A stretch of DNA of 64,000 nucleotides from positions 13,640,001-13,704,000 of the forward strand of contig NC_043001.1 in NCBI RefSeq assembly GCF_006345805.1, in the 5' to 3' direction. The notes beneath the pieces were generated by a model. The model made no database searches. It was not told the DNA's origin and saw nothing but the letters and a program-made list of their open reading frames with translations. Every line of letters starts with the position of its first letter. Position 1 is the stretch's first letter. This document shows positions 38,653-51,599 of the stretch, piece after piece. This stretch comes from Octopus sinensis (taxonomy: Eukaryota). A program made the translations under genes and the position numbers.

Positions 38653-41120
38653 GGAGGTCAAGTAAATGGAAGTCTCCAGGAAAGGATAAAATTCCTAACT
38701 TCTGGCTGAATGCCTTCCCAGAGAGACATGAACTGCTAACAGAACTGTACAATGATGTTTTGCAACACCCTAGTAGGATGCCTCCTTGGCTAGTTAATGG
38801 GTTAACATTCCTGCTTCCAAAATGTGAAGAAACAAATGAACCAAAAAACTATAGACCCATAACCTGCTTAACAACTATGTATAAAACGCTAACATCTGTC
38901 CTGACGAAATATATTTATAGTTTTTTAACAGACAGCAGCATATTCCTTAATGAACAGAAAGGATGTAAACGTGGATCCTACGGCTGTAAAGATCAACTAC
39001 TCATCAATAAGATGATCTTAGAAGATTATCACAAACGACACAAAAACTTATCAATAGCCTGGATAGACTATAAAAAGGCTTTTGATAGCCTACCACATAG
39101 CTGGATTAGGAAATGCCTGGAAATGTATAAGATAGTACCTACTCTGCGAAACTTTTTGACTGTAAGTATGAGATCATGGAGAACCACACTAACTCTGAAC
39201 AGTGACAATGAATCCCTAAATGCTGGTGATGTAAAACTTTCGTGTGGCATTTTCCAGGGTGACTCACTGTCACCACTCCTCTTTTGTTTAGCCTTAATAC
39301 CTCTCTCAAAACTGCTCAATGACGCGCAGTACGGGTATAAAATGTTTGATAAAAATATAAATCATCTCATTTACATGGATGGTTTAAAGCTTTTTGCAAA
39401 AAATGACCAACAACTCAAGGGCTTACTAGCGATAGTAAAACAATTCAGTGACGACATCAGAATGCAATTCGGCTACGATAAATGTGCAAAAGCTACCTTT
39501 ATCAAAGGAAAAATGACAGAAACATCTAACGTTAACCTTGACCAGCAGAATGTCATAAAAGCTAGACCCAGCGGAGAGCTACAAGTATCTGGGGGTAATT
39601 GAAGGGAACGGAATAAGGCATTCAGAGATGAAGGAAAGGATCATGAGAGAATGTTATCGAAGAGTGAGAGCAATATTCAAGACAGAGCTGAATGCAAGAA
39701 ACAGGGCCGAAGCGATCAATGCATTAGCCATACTAGTCGTGACTTACAGTTTCAATATCGTTAACTGGTCAATTACTGAAATATGTCAGCTCGACAGAAA
39801 AATACGAAAACTGTTGACAATGCATAGAATGCACCACCCTAAGGCAGATACAGAACGACTCTATCTGCCAAGAAAAGAGGGAGGCCGTGGTCTTTTGCAA
39901 CTGGCAATAACAATGAAGATTGCTACAATTGGCCTAGACACCTACCTGAAAAACTCTGAGGGCTGGATGTTAAAACTTGTCTCAAAACATGAAACAAGAA
40001 AGCATCATACTCAGTAACAAAACAGGCAAAGGAATATCTAAGTGAATTCCGAATACAACAAATTTCGGAATTAGAGATAGACATACAAGAAACAAGCACA
40101 GAAAAAGCTAGGCGCATGAAAACCCGTGCCAAAACTGCGGCCTTAGATATTCTGAATAATAAATGGCAAGAAAAACCTCTCTATGGCAAATACCCAAAGA
40201 GAGCGAATAATGCAGATATTGACAAAGCCCTGACCCATCAATGGCTAAAGGCCTCTGGCTTAAAATCTGAAACAGAGGGGTTTATCATAGCAGCTCAAGA
40301 TCAATGCCTACCAACAAGAAACTACCAGGCCAACATATTAAAGATCAGAAGCAGTCCCAACGTGTCGTGTGTGCCGACAACAAAATGAAACCTTTGATCA
40401 TGTTGTTTCCAAATGCAGTCTTCTAGCACCTACAGAGTACCTCAACAGGCATGCTAGAGCTGCACAATATATTCACTCGGTATTTTGCAAAAACCTGGAT
40501 TTGCCCCATGAAAAAAAAATGGTGGGAACACAATCCACCTCCAGTGCTTGAAAATGACCACATCTCACTCCTCTGGAACTTCACCATTCAAACTGACAGA
40601 AATATAGATGCAAATAGGCCAGACATCATATTGAAAGACTTCAAACAAAGAACATGCCTCCTCATTGATATGACTGTCCCAATCGATATAAACGTATCTG
40701 TCAAGACCTACCAAAAACTGAGCAAATATAAAGATCTTGAAATAGAAATCAGCAAAATGTGGAACCTGAAGACTAAAACAATACCTGTTGTCATAGGTGC
40801 CCTGGGAATGATAGCGAAAGGGGCTGATTGCTACCTAACTCGGATACCAGGAAACCCCAAAATGGCAGAAATTCAAAAGATAGTGCTCATGGGAACTGCT
40901 CATATCCTACGCAAAATACTCTCTATGTAATCCCAAGGTTTAAAACAAACTTTTTTTTAAAATTTATTTATTAGACATTCACTAGTACAACACCAAAAAA
41001 AACAAATATATGGCAGACTAGGCATAACAACAACGTGAACTTCCAACCTGCTGTCTCTTGAGGTCTCTGGGTGAGACTTGGAGCCAACTTGTACAGACAT
41101 AAAGCAAAAGTCAAGCATAG
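38653..41120 (+). mobile_element. 5'-truncated R4/Dong-clade LINE (RT, CCHC finger, restriction-like endonuclease), frameshifted
   Basis: KNYRPITCL, WIDYKKAFDSLPHSW, GIFQGDSLSPLLF, HLIYMDGLKL (YMDD mutated), GGRGL, RPDIILKD...LIDMTVP...KYKDL; (AAT)n at both ends. Confidence 0.93.
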
Positions 41121-41130
41121 AATAATGATG

Positions 41131-41185
<55 letters not shown>

Positions 41186-41186
<1 letters not shown>

Positions 41187-41497
41187 TGCTACCTAACTCA
41201 GATACCAGGAAACCCCAAAATGGCAGAAATTCAAAAGATAGTGCTCATGGGAACTGCTCATATCCTACGCAAAATACTCTCTATGTAATCCCAAGGTTTA
41301 AAACAAACTTTTTTAATTTATTTATTTATTTATTTTATTTTATTTATTTATTTTTTTATGTATTAGGCATTCACTAGTACAACACCAAAAAAAACAAACC
41401 AAATATATGGCACAGAACTTCCAACCTGTTGTCTCTTGAGGTCTCCGGGTGAGACTTGGAGCCAACTTGAACAGACATAAAGCAAAAGTCAAACATA

Positions 41498-41498
<1 letters not shown>
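41186..41498 (+). mobile_element. Second 3'-end fragment of the same R4/Dong family within (AAT)n
   Basis: Near-identical to ~40827-41120 but with UTR indels. Confidence 0.9.
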
Positions 41499-41573
<75 letters not shown>

Positions 41574-41587
41574 GCAGCAACAAAAAT

Positions 41588-41745
41588 AACATCGGAAAAT
41601 ACCTTAGGAATGAGAACCCCGGTTCGAAATTTCCCCAAGACACCTGAAGAAGGCTGGAGGGTATATCAGCCGAAATGTTGTATTAACAATAAACAAGATG
41701 AGGACAAATATTCGTCGTATGTAAATAATCTAAATAATGTATATT
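41588..41745 (+). mobile_element. Family E tail
   Basis: aataccttaggaatgagaacc...gaggacaaatatt matches ~27328-27460. Confidence 0.88.
41639..41684 (+). ncRNA. Minimal hammerhead ribozyme, second family E copy (one stem I mismatch)
   Basis: GACAC CUGAAGA A GGCUG..CAGCC GAAA UG UU GUAUU. Confidence 0.6.
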
Positions 41746-41764
41746 CTAGTTATGTAGTATGTCG

Positions 41765-42050
41765 TGGGACTCCGTAGGTTACGACTACGTGAGTTACAGT
41801 TGATCGTGAAATTAACGTGCAAGTGGATGAGCACTCCACAGGCGCATAGGCACCCTTAACGTAGTTTTCTGGAAGATTTAACGTGACACAGAGTGTGACA
41901 ATTCGAAATACAGGTACAACAGAAATAGGAAGAAAGGCTTTCATCGGCCTGCGTCTATATAGAAGACACTTGCTCAAGGTACCTCACAGTCGGACTGAAC
42001 CCGGAAACCATGTGGCCGGGAAACAACCTTCTTACCACACAGCCACGCTT
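41765..42050 (-). mobile_element. Family C tail fragment plus family A head fragment
   Basis: cgtgaaattaacgtgcaagtgg..., then agaagacacttgctcaagg...ttaccacacagccac. Confidence 0.7.
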
Positions 42051-42141
42051 GAGCCTTTATGCCTTTATGTCGACAAAATAATGCACAGTCAAGCCCTGGG
42101 ATCAATGTCCTCCGGTAGCACACTCCTACCAAAATCTTCGG

Positions 42142-42371
42142 TGAGCTGGCAGAAACGTTAGCACGCCGGGCGAAATGCGTAGCCGTATTTCCTCTGCCGT
42201 TACGTTCTGAGTTCGAATTCCGCCGAGGTCTACTTTGCATTTCATCCTTTCGTGGTCGATAAATTAAGTACCAGTTACGCACTTGGGTCGATGTAATCGA
42301 CTTAATCCGTTTGTCTGTCCTTGTTTGTCTTCTCTATGTTTAGCCCCTTGTGGATAGTAAAGAAATTTTAA
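42142..42371 (+). mobile_element. SINE family B monomer, 11-bp TSD
   Basis: aaaatcttcgg at 42131-42141 and 42372-42382. Confidence 0.9.
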
Positions 42372-43334
42372 AAAATCTTCGGGTCTTGTTCCTATGATAC
42401 AAAAAAAAAAATTCCCAACGCAAAGAGAAAATTTAAGAATGATATATTTTTTGTTTGTTACGCTACTGATATTGTTGTTTTCGAACATTTTATTTTTTGA
42501 ATCAATACAAACGAGACAATTATCTTTATAGATTTTTGAAAGCAAAAAATAAACAATATCTGTTATTTTTAACTGATTCTCTTATCATCTTATATCTTCA
42601 ACTTTTTACCAACTAACTGGACCTTGATATTAAATCAATTATAAATCCATTTAATATTCTAGACACCGAACAAGACTATGTTGACGACTTTAAGTTATTC
42701 CGAAAATAACGAAACATAAGGGTATTTAAATATTTAAATAAATGTCTTTTTATATGTAAATTCTATTTATTAATTCTGGAAAGAATCAAAAATAGTCATC
42801 TTCTTCATCTTCTTCATCGACTTCCCTCTGTTTCTCTTACTCTCTCAATGTTGTATTTAGTAGTTTCATGTCTACCTGTAAAGTGATATGTTATTGTCTA
42901 AAGTGGTGACTGATAATTTGTTTTCACAGAATAACATTTAACCGCAAAATATGAACAAACCGTATAAAATCTAACATGAGAATCTCCAACGTTGGTCGTT
43001 CCATCATTTCAACGACAGTTGAAACATTTGTTTCTTAACAGGAGTCAATCATTGTGTTAGATTAAAAAGTTTCTTTCTGTCAAGATTATTATGTAATTTC
43101 TGTCAATTTTCTTACACAAACATTTCTTTTATAACTTCTCACATTTTGTATCATTTTAGAATCATGACTTTTCAGGACCTAATATGTATCTCTTCTTACA
43201 GGCATCGTTTTACAGAAGGGAAGCTGATGAAATGCTTTCAAAACATGACTTCTGGATGAATTCTGCTATACTAAAGTCAGTCCTTTTGCATATCTTCTCT
43301 TTCTTTTAATCGCCTAAAATAATAATGAGCGTAG

Positions 43335-43354
43335 TTTTTATATATATATATTTG

Positions 43355-43420
<66 letters not shown>

Positions 43421-43467
43421 CGTGCTCGTGTTTGTTTCGACCCTTTAGAATTGGAATTTTTGAAAAG

Positions 43468-43505
<38 letters not shown>

Positions 43506-43816
43506 TATATAAGATATATATAATATATATTATATATATGTGTATATATATATGTATATATATGTATATATGTATATCTATATTATATATATATATATAT
43601 ATGTATATATATGTATATTGTATATATATATATATATGTATATATATATGTATATATATATTTTATATATGTATATATTATATATAGTATATATATATAT
43701 ATGTAATATATGTATATCTATATATATATGTATATATATATGTATATCTATACGTTATATATATATATATATATATGTATATCTATATGTATATATGTAA
43801 TATATATATATATATG

Positions 43817-43848
<32 letters not shown>

Positions 43849-44173
43849 TGTATTATATATATATGTATATATATTAGTATATATGTATATATATATATAT
43901 ATATATAAATTTATATATGTATATATATATATATATGTATATATATATGTATATATATATATATGTATATATATGTATATATATATATGTATATATTATA
44001 TATATATATATATAGTTTATATATATATAATGTATATATATGTATATAATAATATATATGTATGTATATATATATGGTATATATATATAATATATGTATA
44101 TATAATAATTTATTATAATATATATGATATTATTATATATATATTATATATATATAGATATATATATTATATA

Positions 44174-44212
<39 letters not shown>
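43335..44212. repeat. Long imperfect (TA)n/(TATG) tract
   Basis: Direct reading. Confidence 0.95.
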
Positions 44213-44215
<3 letters not shown>

Positions 44216-44405
44216 TTTATGTACAGAATCACGCCAGAGAAGGAGTAAAATAGTAATTCAGTGAAGGAGTACTGAGAGGGAGTGAGAGAAAGTAATAGCA
44301 ATGAGAGAAATAAAGGAGTGATAGATGATTAAAGAAGGAAGGGGTGAAAACAAATCCCCGTTTCAATGTTTGTACCTATGATTATATTCCTTATTTTGTA
44401 CGTTA

Positions 44406-44778
44406 TCTACATATATAAAGCTGAAGTTGTCTGTGTATGGCAGGTTTGGTAGCCTTCAACTAACAGTATCTCCTCCGAGTCCCTGCGGCGTAAGTTGACC
44501 CAAATTGAGAGTATGATAGAAGAAGGCTTGCTCTTCCTTCCGTAGAAGATAAAATTCAAATCGGACCATGTTAACACAAAAATTATTTACATCAAAAAGG
44601 TGGGGGTTTTTCTATCAAAATCCCTATTTTTTACGGTTTTTTTTTACTGCTGTGTTGCCATTTTTCGGTGTATTTCAACCAGAAAAATGTTCACTTAAAG
44701 ACAATAACAAGCTACATGCTGCATAATTTTTACTTTTCAAAAATTCCAATTCTAAAGGGTCGAAACAAACCCGAGCAA
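44406..44778 (+). mobile_element. Non-autonomous Helitron, 3' end lost
   Basis: A|TC start; stops inside the hairpin (ccgagcaa), no CTAG. Confidence 0.8.
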
Positions 44779-44857
44779 TATAAAATATTACAATAACCCA
44801 TCATTATTGACGGCACGGGGTTAGCTATTATGTAATATTGTTCGTCTGAATCATATT

Positions 44858-45077
44858 CTCTCTTTACTGTTTTACTCGTTTCAGTCATTTGACTGCGGCC
44901 ATGCTGGAGCACCGCCTTTAATCGAACAAATCGACCCCAGGACTTATTCTTTTGTAAGCCCCAGTACTTATTCTATCGGTTTCTTTTGCCGAACCGCTAA
45001 GTAACGGGGACATAAACACACCAGCATCGGTTGTCAAGCAATGCTAGGGGGACAAATACGGACAAACACACACACAC

Positions 45078-45108
<31 letters not shown>

Positions 45109-45268
45109 CGACGGGCTTCTTTCAGTTTCCGTCTACCAAATCCACTCACAAGGCTTTGGTCAGCCCGAGGCTATAGTAGAAGACACTTGCCCAAGGTGCC
45201 ACGCAGTGAGATTGAACCCAGAACCATGTGGTTGGTTAGCAAGCTACTTACCACACGGCCACTCCTAC
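44858..45268 (-). mobile_element. SINE family A
   Basis: Reverse complement of the family consensus. Confidence 0.9.
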
Positions 45269-45874
45269 CTGTAATATCAAGCTGAATTCTAAAATGTATT
45301 AAAGGAATTGTTAGAATGATATACAAAATGTTAATCTTTATTTAGTTTCGTCATTAAATATTCTGAAATGAAATGCTCTTAGAATTGAACGACTGTAAAA
45401 TGAAGTTTAATATTCAATTCTGCAATTAAAATCAAGAGAGACAACGCTTAACATTCAATTATCATCATTGGTAGAATGAACCTGATTTTTGACGGTTACT
45501 ATAATAACTACAAATATGTTTCGAAATCATTATATCAGCTTAGTGAAGCCATGGGGTATCATCGTGCATGCTTTTAATTAAGACGACGGCATTTAATTAA
45601 AAATTATAAATTCTTTGTACTGGAATATTCGCATTTGTGGATGGTAATTTAATATTAAGCCAATTTTCTTTTACACATAAACTGATGTGATTTTAATTAA
45701 TGCACATTTCTGGATTATTAAATCAGGACTCATTTAAATGTGTTCAAGTATTAGTGTTCAATTATTTGTATTAAACAATACGATTCAGTCGCAAAAATAA
45801 TTTACTCAATTTAAAGATAAAACTCTGTTAGGTAATGCTTCGGGTCTTTTAGTGCTGTATGCCGTCCTAAAATT

Positions 45875-46142
45875 ATATATATATGTATATGTATATAGGT
45901 ATATATATATATATGTATATAGGTATATAAGTATGTATATATGTATATATATGTATATGTATATATTTGTATGTATATGTATATATATGTATGTATATGT
46001 ATATATATGTATATGTATATATTATATATATGTATATGTATATATATATGTATATGTATATATATATTAATATATATATATATATATGTATATGTATATA
46101 TAATATGTATATGTATATATATATATGTATATATATATATGT

Positions 46143-46189
<47 letters not shown>

Positions 46190-46291
46190 GTATATATGTA
46201 TATATATATGTTATATATATATATATATGTATATTATATGTATATATATATATATATATGTTATATATATATATATATTAATATATATATG

Positions 46292-46383
<92 letters not shown>

Positions 46384-46412
46384 TATATGTATATTATATA
46401 TATATATATATA
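45875..46412. repeat. Long imperfect (TA)n/(TATG) tract
   Basis: Direct reading. Confidence 0.95.
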
Positions 46413-46413
46413 A

Positions 46414-46702
46414 GTTTCAGCTCAGAGCTGCGGCCATGCTGATGTACCACCGTTTTGCTACACTGTTATTTCTAAGAGCCTCCTCTAATATGTGGCACTT
46501 GGTGAAGAATGGAGTTGATATAGCTACTCTCATTTGCACCTCTTGCCGTGAGGTAGGTTCATCTGGGACTCTCGACAGGATGAGGTCCAGTTTTGACTTA
46601 AAAACCCCTACATCTACTTTGTGAAAGTTCCTCAGGCTCTTTGGGAGAATATTAAAAAGATGTGGGCCCTTGAAACCCAGGCTGTTGCAGTAAGTGTTCC
46701 TG
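46414..46702 (-). mobile_element. CR1/L2-type LINE 3' end between (TA)n tracts
   Basis: [49 protein letters not shown]. Confidence 0.75.
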
Positions 46703-46706
46703 ATAT

Positions 46707-46774
<68 letters not shown>

Positions 46775-47838
46775 ATATGATTTCGTCCCCAGCCACACAA
46801 TATGCGTCCTCTTTTCATAGCTCTAAAATATGCTTTCATTGTCCTACTCCAACTGGTGCCCCCCTTTATACCGAACCTACAACTCCTTCAACCAGTACTT
46901 CAATTTACCTCCTACTTCCAGTACTTTAGCATTCCCCATTATCCCAATTCTACAAGGTGATCCTTTTCTCTCACGTTCTTTAATCACTACATGTGATTAA
47001 AGAGCTAAGTTCAGAGCTAAATCATACATACAAAATAAATATAAGATAAAAAGAACATAGAGCATCAAGATACAATGAAAAGTAGGCTTAATGCGGTCTA
47101 ATATTGTTCGTAGTCTAATTACAGCAATCAGAAAAATATGTGAGCTTACTTTTTTGAATAGTGTGGATTTTAGTAAATATCTAAAGAAAAGTCTGCTGGA
47201 TGCCAAGTGTTCTTCTCTTTTCGTATGTCTTTTAGTAGAGTGCTGTGTGGACAGGTGGTTGTGTGTCTATGATTCAAAGACTGGAGCTCAGGAAGTAACA
47301 GAGAAACGAACGATGAAACATGTTAAATAAGAAGATGTTTTACATATGTAATTTCCTGTTTCTCATACTTGAATCATCCTGAATATATAAACAAACAATT
47401 GCTTGCATTTCTATAAGTTCGGCATGTTATGCCATTAATGATCATTTGCAAATAGCAATGGAAAAAAAACGTACGAAGACTTGAAATACTTTACAGTAAA
47501 TAATAAAAAAGGAAATGCGGTACAAATTGAGTGATTTTTTTTCAATTTTTACATATCATACATTTTCATTTCACTTGGTTCAAAATATCAACATGTTGAG
47601 AAACACACAGAAGATTACGAAATATATCCAAGAAGATTAAGAATGAAAAAGCATACCTCAGTATCTCTGAGATTAGTATAGATTAAAAATAGGAAGATTG
47701 TCACAATATATATTTTACACCAGTACCATTACTTCCAGGTAATACACTAACGTACTTTTTCAAAGTTTTGATTTTGCAATATGCATGTCGTATGTATGAG
47801 ATATATATATATGTATTATATATATATATATATATGAT

Positions 47839-47937
47839 ATAATTTTGATTTGCCATTGTCCTTCTGTATATATATATATATATATATATGTATTATATAT
47901 ATATATATACAGAAGGACAATGGCAAATCAAAATTAT
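47839..47937. repeat. 28-bp perfect inverted repeat around (TA)n
   Basis: ataattttgatttgccattgtccttctg at 47839-47866 and its complement at 47910-47937. Confidence 0.92.
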
Positions 47938-48971
47938 CTTTCTAAACTTTAAATTATGATCATATAATATTGTTTCGATTTGTGTCTCCGATTTAGAAGA
48001 AACGAACGGAATATAATAGCGAATTGTAGTACACTTTTTCCCTAATACCAGTAATTTCCGCACATCCCAGCAAAAGTGAAATCATTGAATTAAAATTTAA
48101 TTCATGTAATTTATGTATAATATCCATGGGACTAATGTATACGGTTTCGTAATGCTGAATATTCATAATACCAAGGAAGTCTTGTATAAGGGGCAGCATA
48201 AGCAATTCCCCATCTGAGGTGTCGTCATTGAGGTTTCAATTCTGGATTCCGAAGACTTCGCAATGTTATGGAAAACTTAAGATGCTGAATAAAGCATCTA
48301 AGGGTTTTCTGACATTAGCAACTTTATCAACATGTATTTAACATTTAAAGGATCTCAGATTTACAATTGAATACCAAAGTTGGCAATGTTTATCCTGGTT
48401 TAATTAAAAACTGTCAAGAGGTGCAGACGTGGCTGTGTGGTAAGATGCTTGCTTCCCAACCCCATGGTTCCAGGTTCAGTTCCACTGAGTGGTAGCGTGA
48501 TAGTCTTTCCGAAATACTCTTCAGTGTGCCCATGATTTAAGATGGCACTGATCGAAGAAAGTGAGTAATCCAACCAAGATTTTACTTACTACATAGAAAC
48601 TCTGAAGCAGAGAGGAGTTAATTGAATATATAGAATATTGAATTTTACCACCGGTTTTCCGTGAGGGCCTTGTCTGTGTTGTTTAACCAAATTAAGATAT
48701 CGAAGAAATATGTAAGAATGTGTTCTGCGTGTGTTGTATTTCTAAGTAGTATTTGAAAATTGTTTCTGCCTTTAGATGGATGAATGTACAAGTATCTTCG
48801 GTTCTTGTGACTATTATATTATTATATTAACAACGGGTCGTACGATAATATAAAAGATTTATACTTTTTTATTTATTTAAGGTTCCTTTTCTGCACTAAT
48901 ATTCATATTTATCATTTGATTTACAAATATCAGAAAATCTAGAAGTAATTTACTCGACTATTATATAGATA

Positions 48972-49141
48972 GGCGCAGGAGTGGCTGTGTGATAAGTAGC
49001 TTGCTTACCAGCCACAAGGCTCCGGGTTCATTCCCACTGCGGGGCACTTGCGTAATTGTCTTCTACTATAGCCTCGGTCCGACCAAAGCCTTGTGAGTAG
49101 ATTTGGTAGAGGGAAACTAAATGAAGCCCGTCGTATATATG

Positions 49142-49186
<45 letters not shown>

Positions 49187-49414
49187 TTATGTATGTGGTT
49201 GTGTATCTGTGTTTGTCCCCTCCACCATCGCATGACAACCGATGGTGGTGTGTTTACGTCCCCGTAACTTAGCGGTTCGGCAAAAGAGACCGATAGAATA
49301 AGTACTAGGCTTACAAAAAATAAGTCCCGGGGTCGATTTGCTCGACTAAAAGCGGTGCTCCAGCGTGGCCGCAGTCAAATGACTGAAACAAGTAAAAGAG
49401 TAAAGAGTAAGAGT
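48972..49414 (+). mobile_element. SINE family A, full length
   Basis: Matches 2840-3262. Confidence 0.9.
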
Positions 49415-50444
49415 ATACAAATTTCAGATCAGCATTTCAATTTGAAACTTCAAGTGTACAGACATGTCTCACATGTACTCTTTGAAAGGGAAAACGGATA
49501 AAAGTGTTAATCCGTTCCGTTCTTAACCTCTATATTAAGTTCATTTTAAGTAAAATCTTATATATTTATGTTAGTAAATATAATGCTTCGTATGAAGAAC
49601 ACTATAAACTCCCAGCTTTTCAAAATGTCTTTGATTCACTCTGATAGCGTATTTTCAGTTTTTGGCAAACTTTCAACAACCCACTCAGCTAAACCGAAGC
49701 TTACTTTAAAATATTTTCATTTATATTATGCTTATATTTCATGTTAACTTTCTCCGGTACATTCTTCTTACAAATATACAGATACGTTGTAATATATCCT
49801 TGGTTTTCATTATATATTCTACGAGTTATCTATAATAAGTTTGTTTCGAAATTAATATTTCCTGGATTCTAATACATTGCTGAAGTTTGCACGAACAGCT
49901 CACCACTTGCGGATAGCCATAAGCAATGAGACACAAGTGCTTTTATTGTGTGAACAAACAATCACAAAACTACAAAACTACTTGTAAATCTAAAGTTTCA
50001 TGTAAACTACAAAAGCTAAGCCACCTACCTATCGGATAATGCAAGTGTTGCTTTGGAAATTTTCCATAATAAATAATTGAACAGAAATTCAAATCAAACA
50101 TATTCTAATACTATTAGCAAATTTTGTATTATGTGAAACTATAGGAAATGTTCTTCTTCAAATAATTCTACTTTATACATACGAAAAGAAATTAGTTGAA
50201 AATGGCATGGATCTATTTAGATAGTGATGCGTCGCTTCACAAAACTGTCAACGGTTTATAGTAAATACATCCAAAAGTTTGTTTTATAACTAGTCTGTGA
50301 AATAATGAAATCCCAAGGGAAAAAAACTATAGAGATGAGGCATAGGTTTATGTTTTACCTGCTGTTGCTAAGATGTGTTAATAATGTTGATAAGTGCCGA
50401 TACGCACGTTTATGTAATAAATAATCTTTTCTACTGTAGGCAGT

Positions 50445-50550
50445 ATAAGTTGACCTCGGCGGAATTTGAACTCAGGACGTAACGGCAGACGAAATACCGC
50501 TAAGTATTTTGCCCGACGTGCTAACATTTCTGCCAGCTCGCCGCCGTTAG
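50445..50550 (-). mobile_element. SINE family B head half
   Basis: gacctcggcggaatttgaactc...ctgccagctcgccgcc. Confidence 0.8.
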
Positions 50551-50823
50551 GAATAAAGGCGATCTTGAACGCAAGAGTATAGCTGTGAAATCAATATTAA
50601 AAAATCGGGTAAAATGCATCTGTGGACGGAGAAAATTTGTTAGCAGCCGCTACGGAGGATCGAAGGGTGTACCTCTAAAATTTCGGCTGAACGCTCTGTA
50701 CCATTGAGCCAAATGTCTCCTGTCTGCAGATGTATTACAACAGAGAAACAGCTCAAAGCTGGCAACTGGAGTCCTTTCATCCGCGTTTGAACGCCTCATT
50801 TACGAAAATGCATTCTTCATAAC

Positions 50824-51599
50824 TCTTTCTTTATTACCCACTAGGGGCGACACAGAGGGGACACCACAAGACATTGGGGACATAGAACATTATAATTAAT
50901 AGTATGGAGAATTAATTTTTAGAATGATAGTGATAATATGAAAGCGATGCTGACGGCCCCATCCACCAGCACCACTTACCTGTCCTTCACAACTCTTCGT
51001 CACCTATCATCTTCAATCAAAAGTCCCTTTTCTTATCACTTTCTCAAATATCCTTTCATGCTCTTTTATCTTCTCATTCGAAAATTCCATCTCAATCGCT
51101 TTTACGCCCTCATTTACACACATCTTCCTTGTGTCCATCACTTCACCTTCCACCACCAAGTAACTCCCATCCTCTTCCTCATACCATGCTTTTTCACCAA
51201 AGACTCTTGTTGTGTTCTCATTGTCTTCCTTTTGTACAAAACATAAAAATTGGGACTTGGGCTCTTGTTTACTCTGTATGTCTGCGTTTTTAGGTTTTCT
51301 TGTAGGCGGGGAGTGGGTGGGATCTTTGTTTGCAGGGGGAGGATGGGGCTCAGAGGGTGCGGGTGGTGTTGGGGTGGATTCGGGTTCGATAAAGTTCACT
51401 TTCCTTCTTCTTTTTCTTTTTTTCCTTACGTCTTCCCACTCAGTTTGGGCCTCCTTCTCCTCCTCAGATTCTCCCTCCTCAGATTCTCCCTCCTCAGATT
51501 CTCCCTCCTCAAATTTTTCCCACTCCGTCTCCTCCTCTTCCTGGATCACTGTTTCTTTTTGTGGGGGAGGGCAGTAGGCTCTTATGTGGCCCCTCAGGC
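50824..51599 (-). mobile_element. 5'-truncated ORF1-only (HAL1-like) retro-insert with 22-bp TSD
   Basis: TSD acgaaaatgcattcttcataac at 50802-50823 and 51600-51621; open frame starts in a zinc-knuckle remnant (GHIRAYCP), then acidic, basic and Pro-rich segments, stop at 51013, short UTR ending gtaataaagaaaga. Confidence 0.75.

Noticed and set aside
38286-39602. 438-aa poly-Asn protein
   Set aside because: (AAT)n happens to be in frame with a truncated LINE RT; the catalytic YMDD is mutated to YMDG.
48170-48400. Possible PLE RT remnant (KQ..GV, DLRFTIE)
   Set aside because: Too degenerate to support without a profile search.
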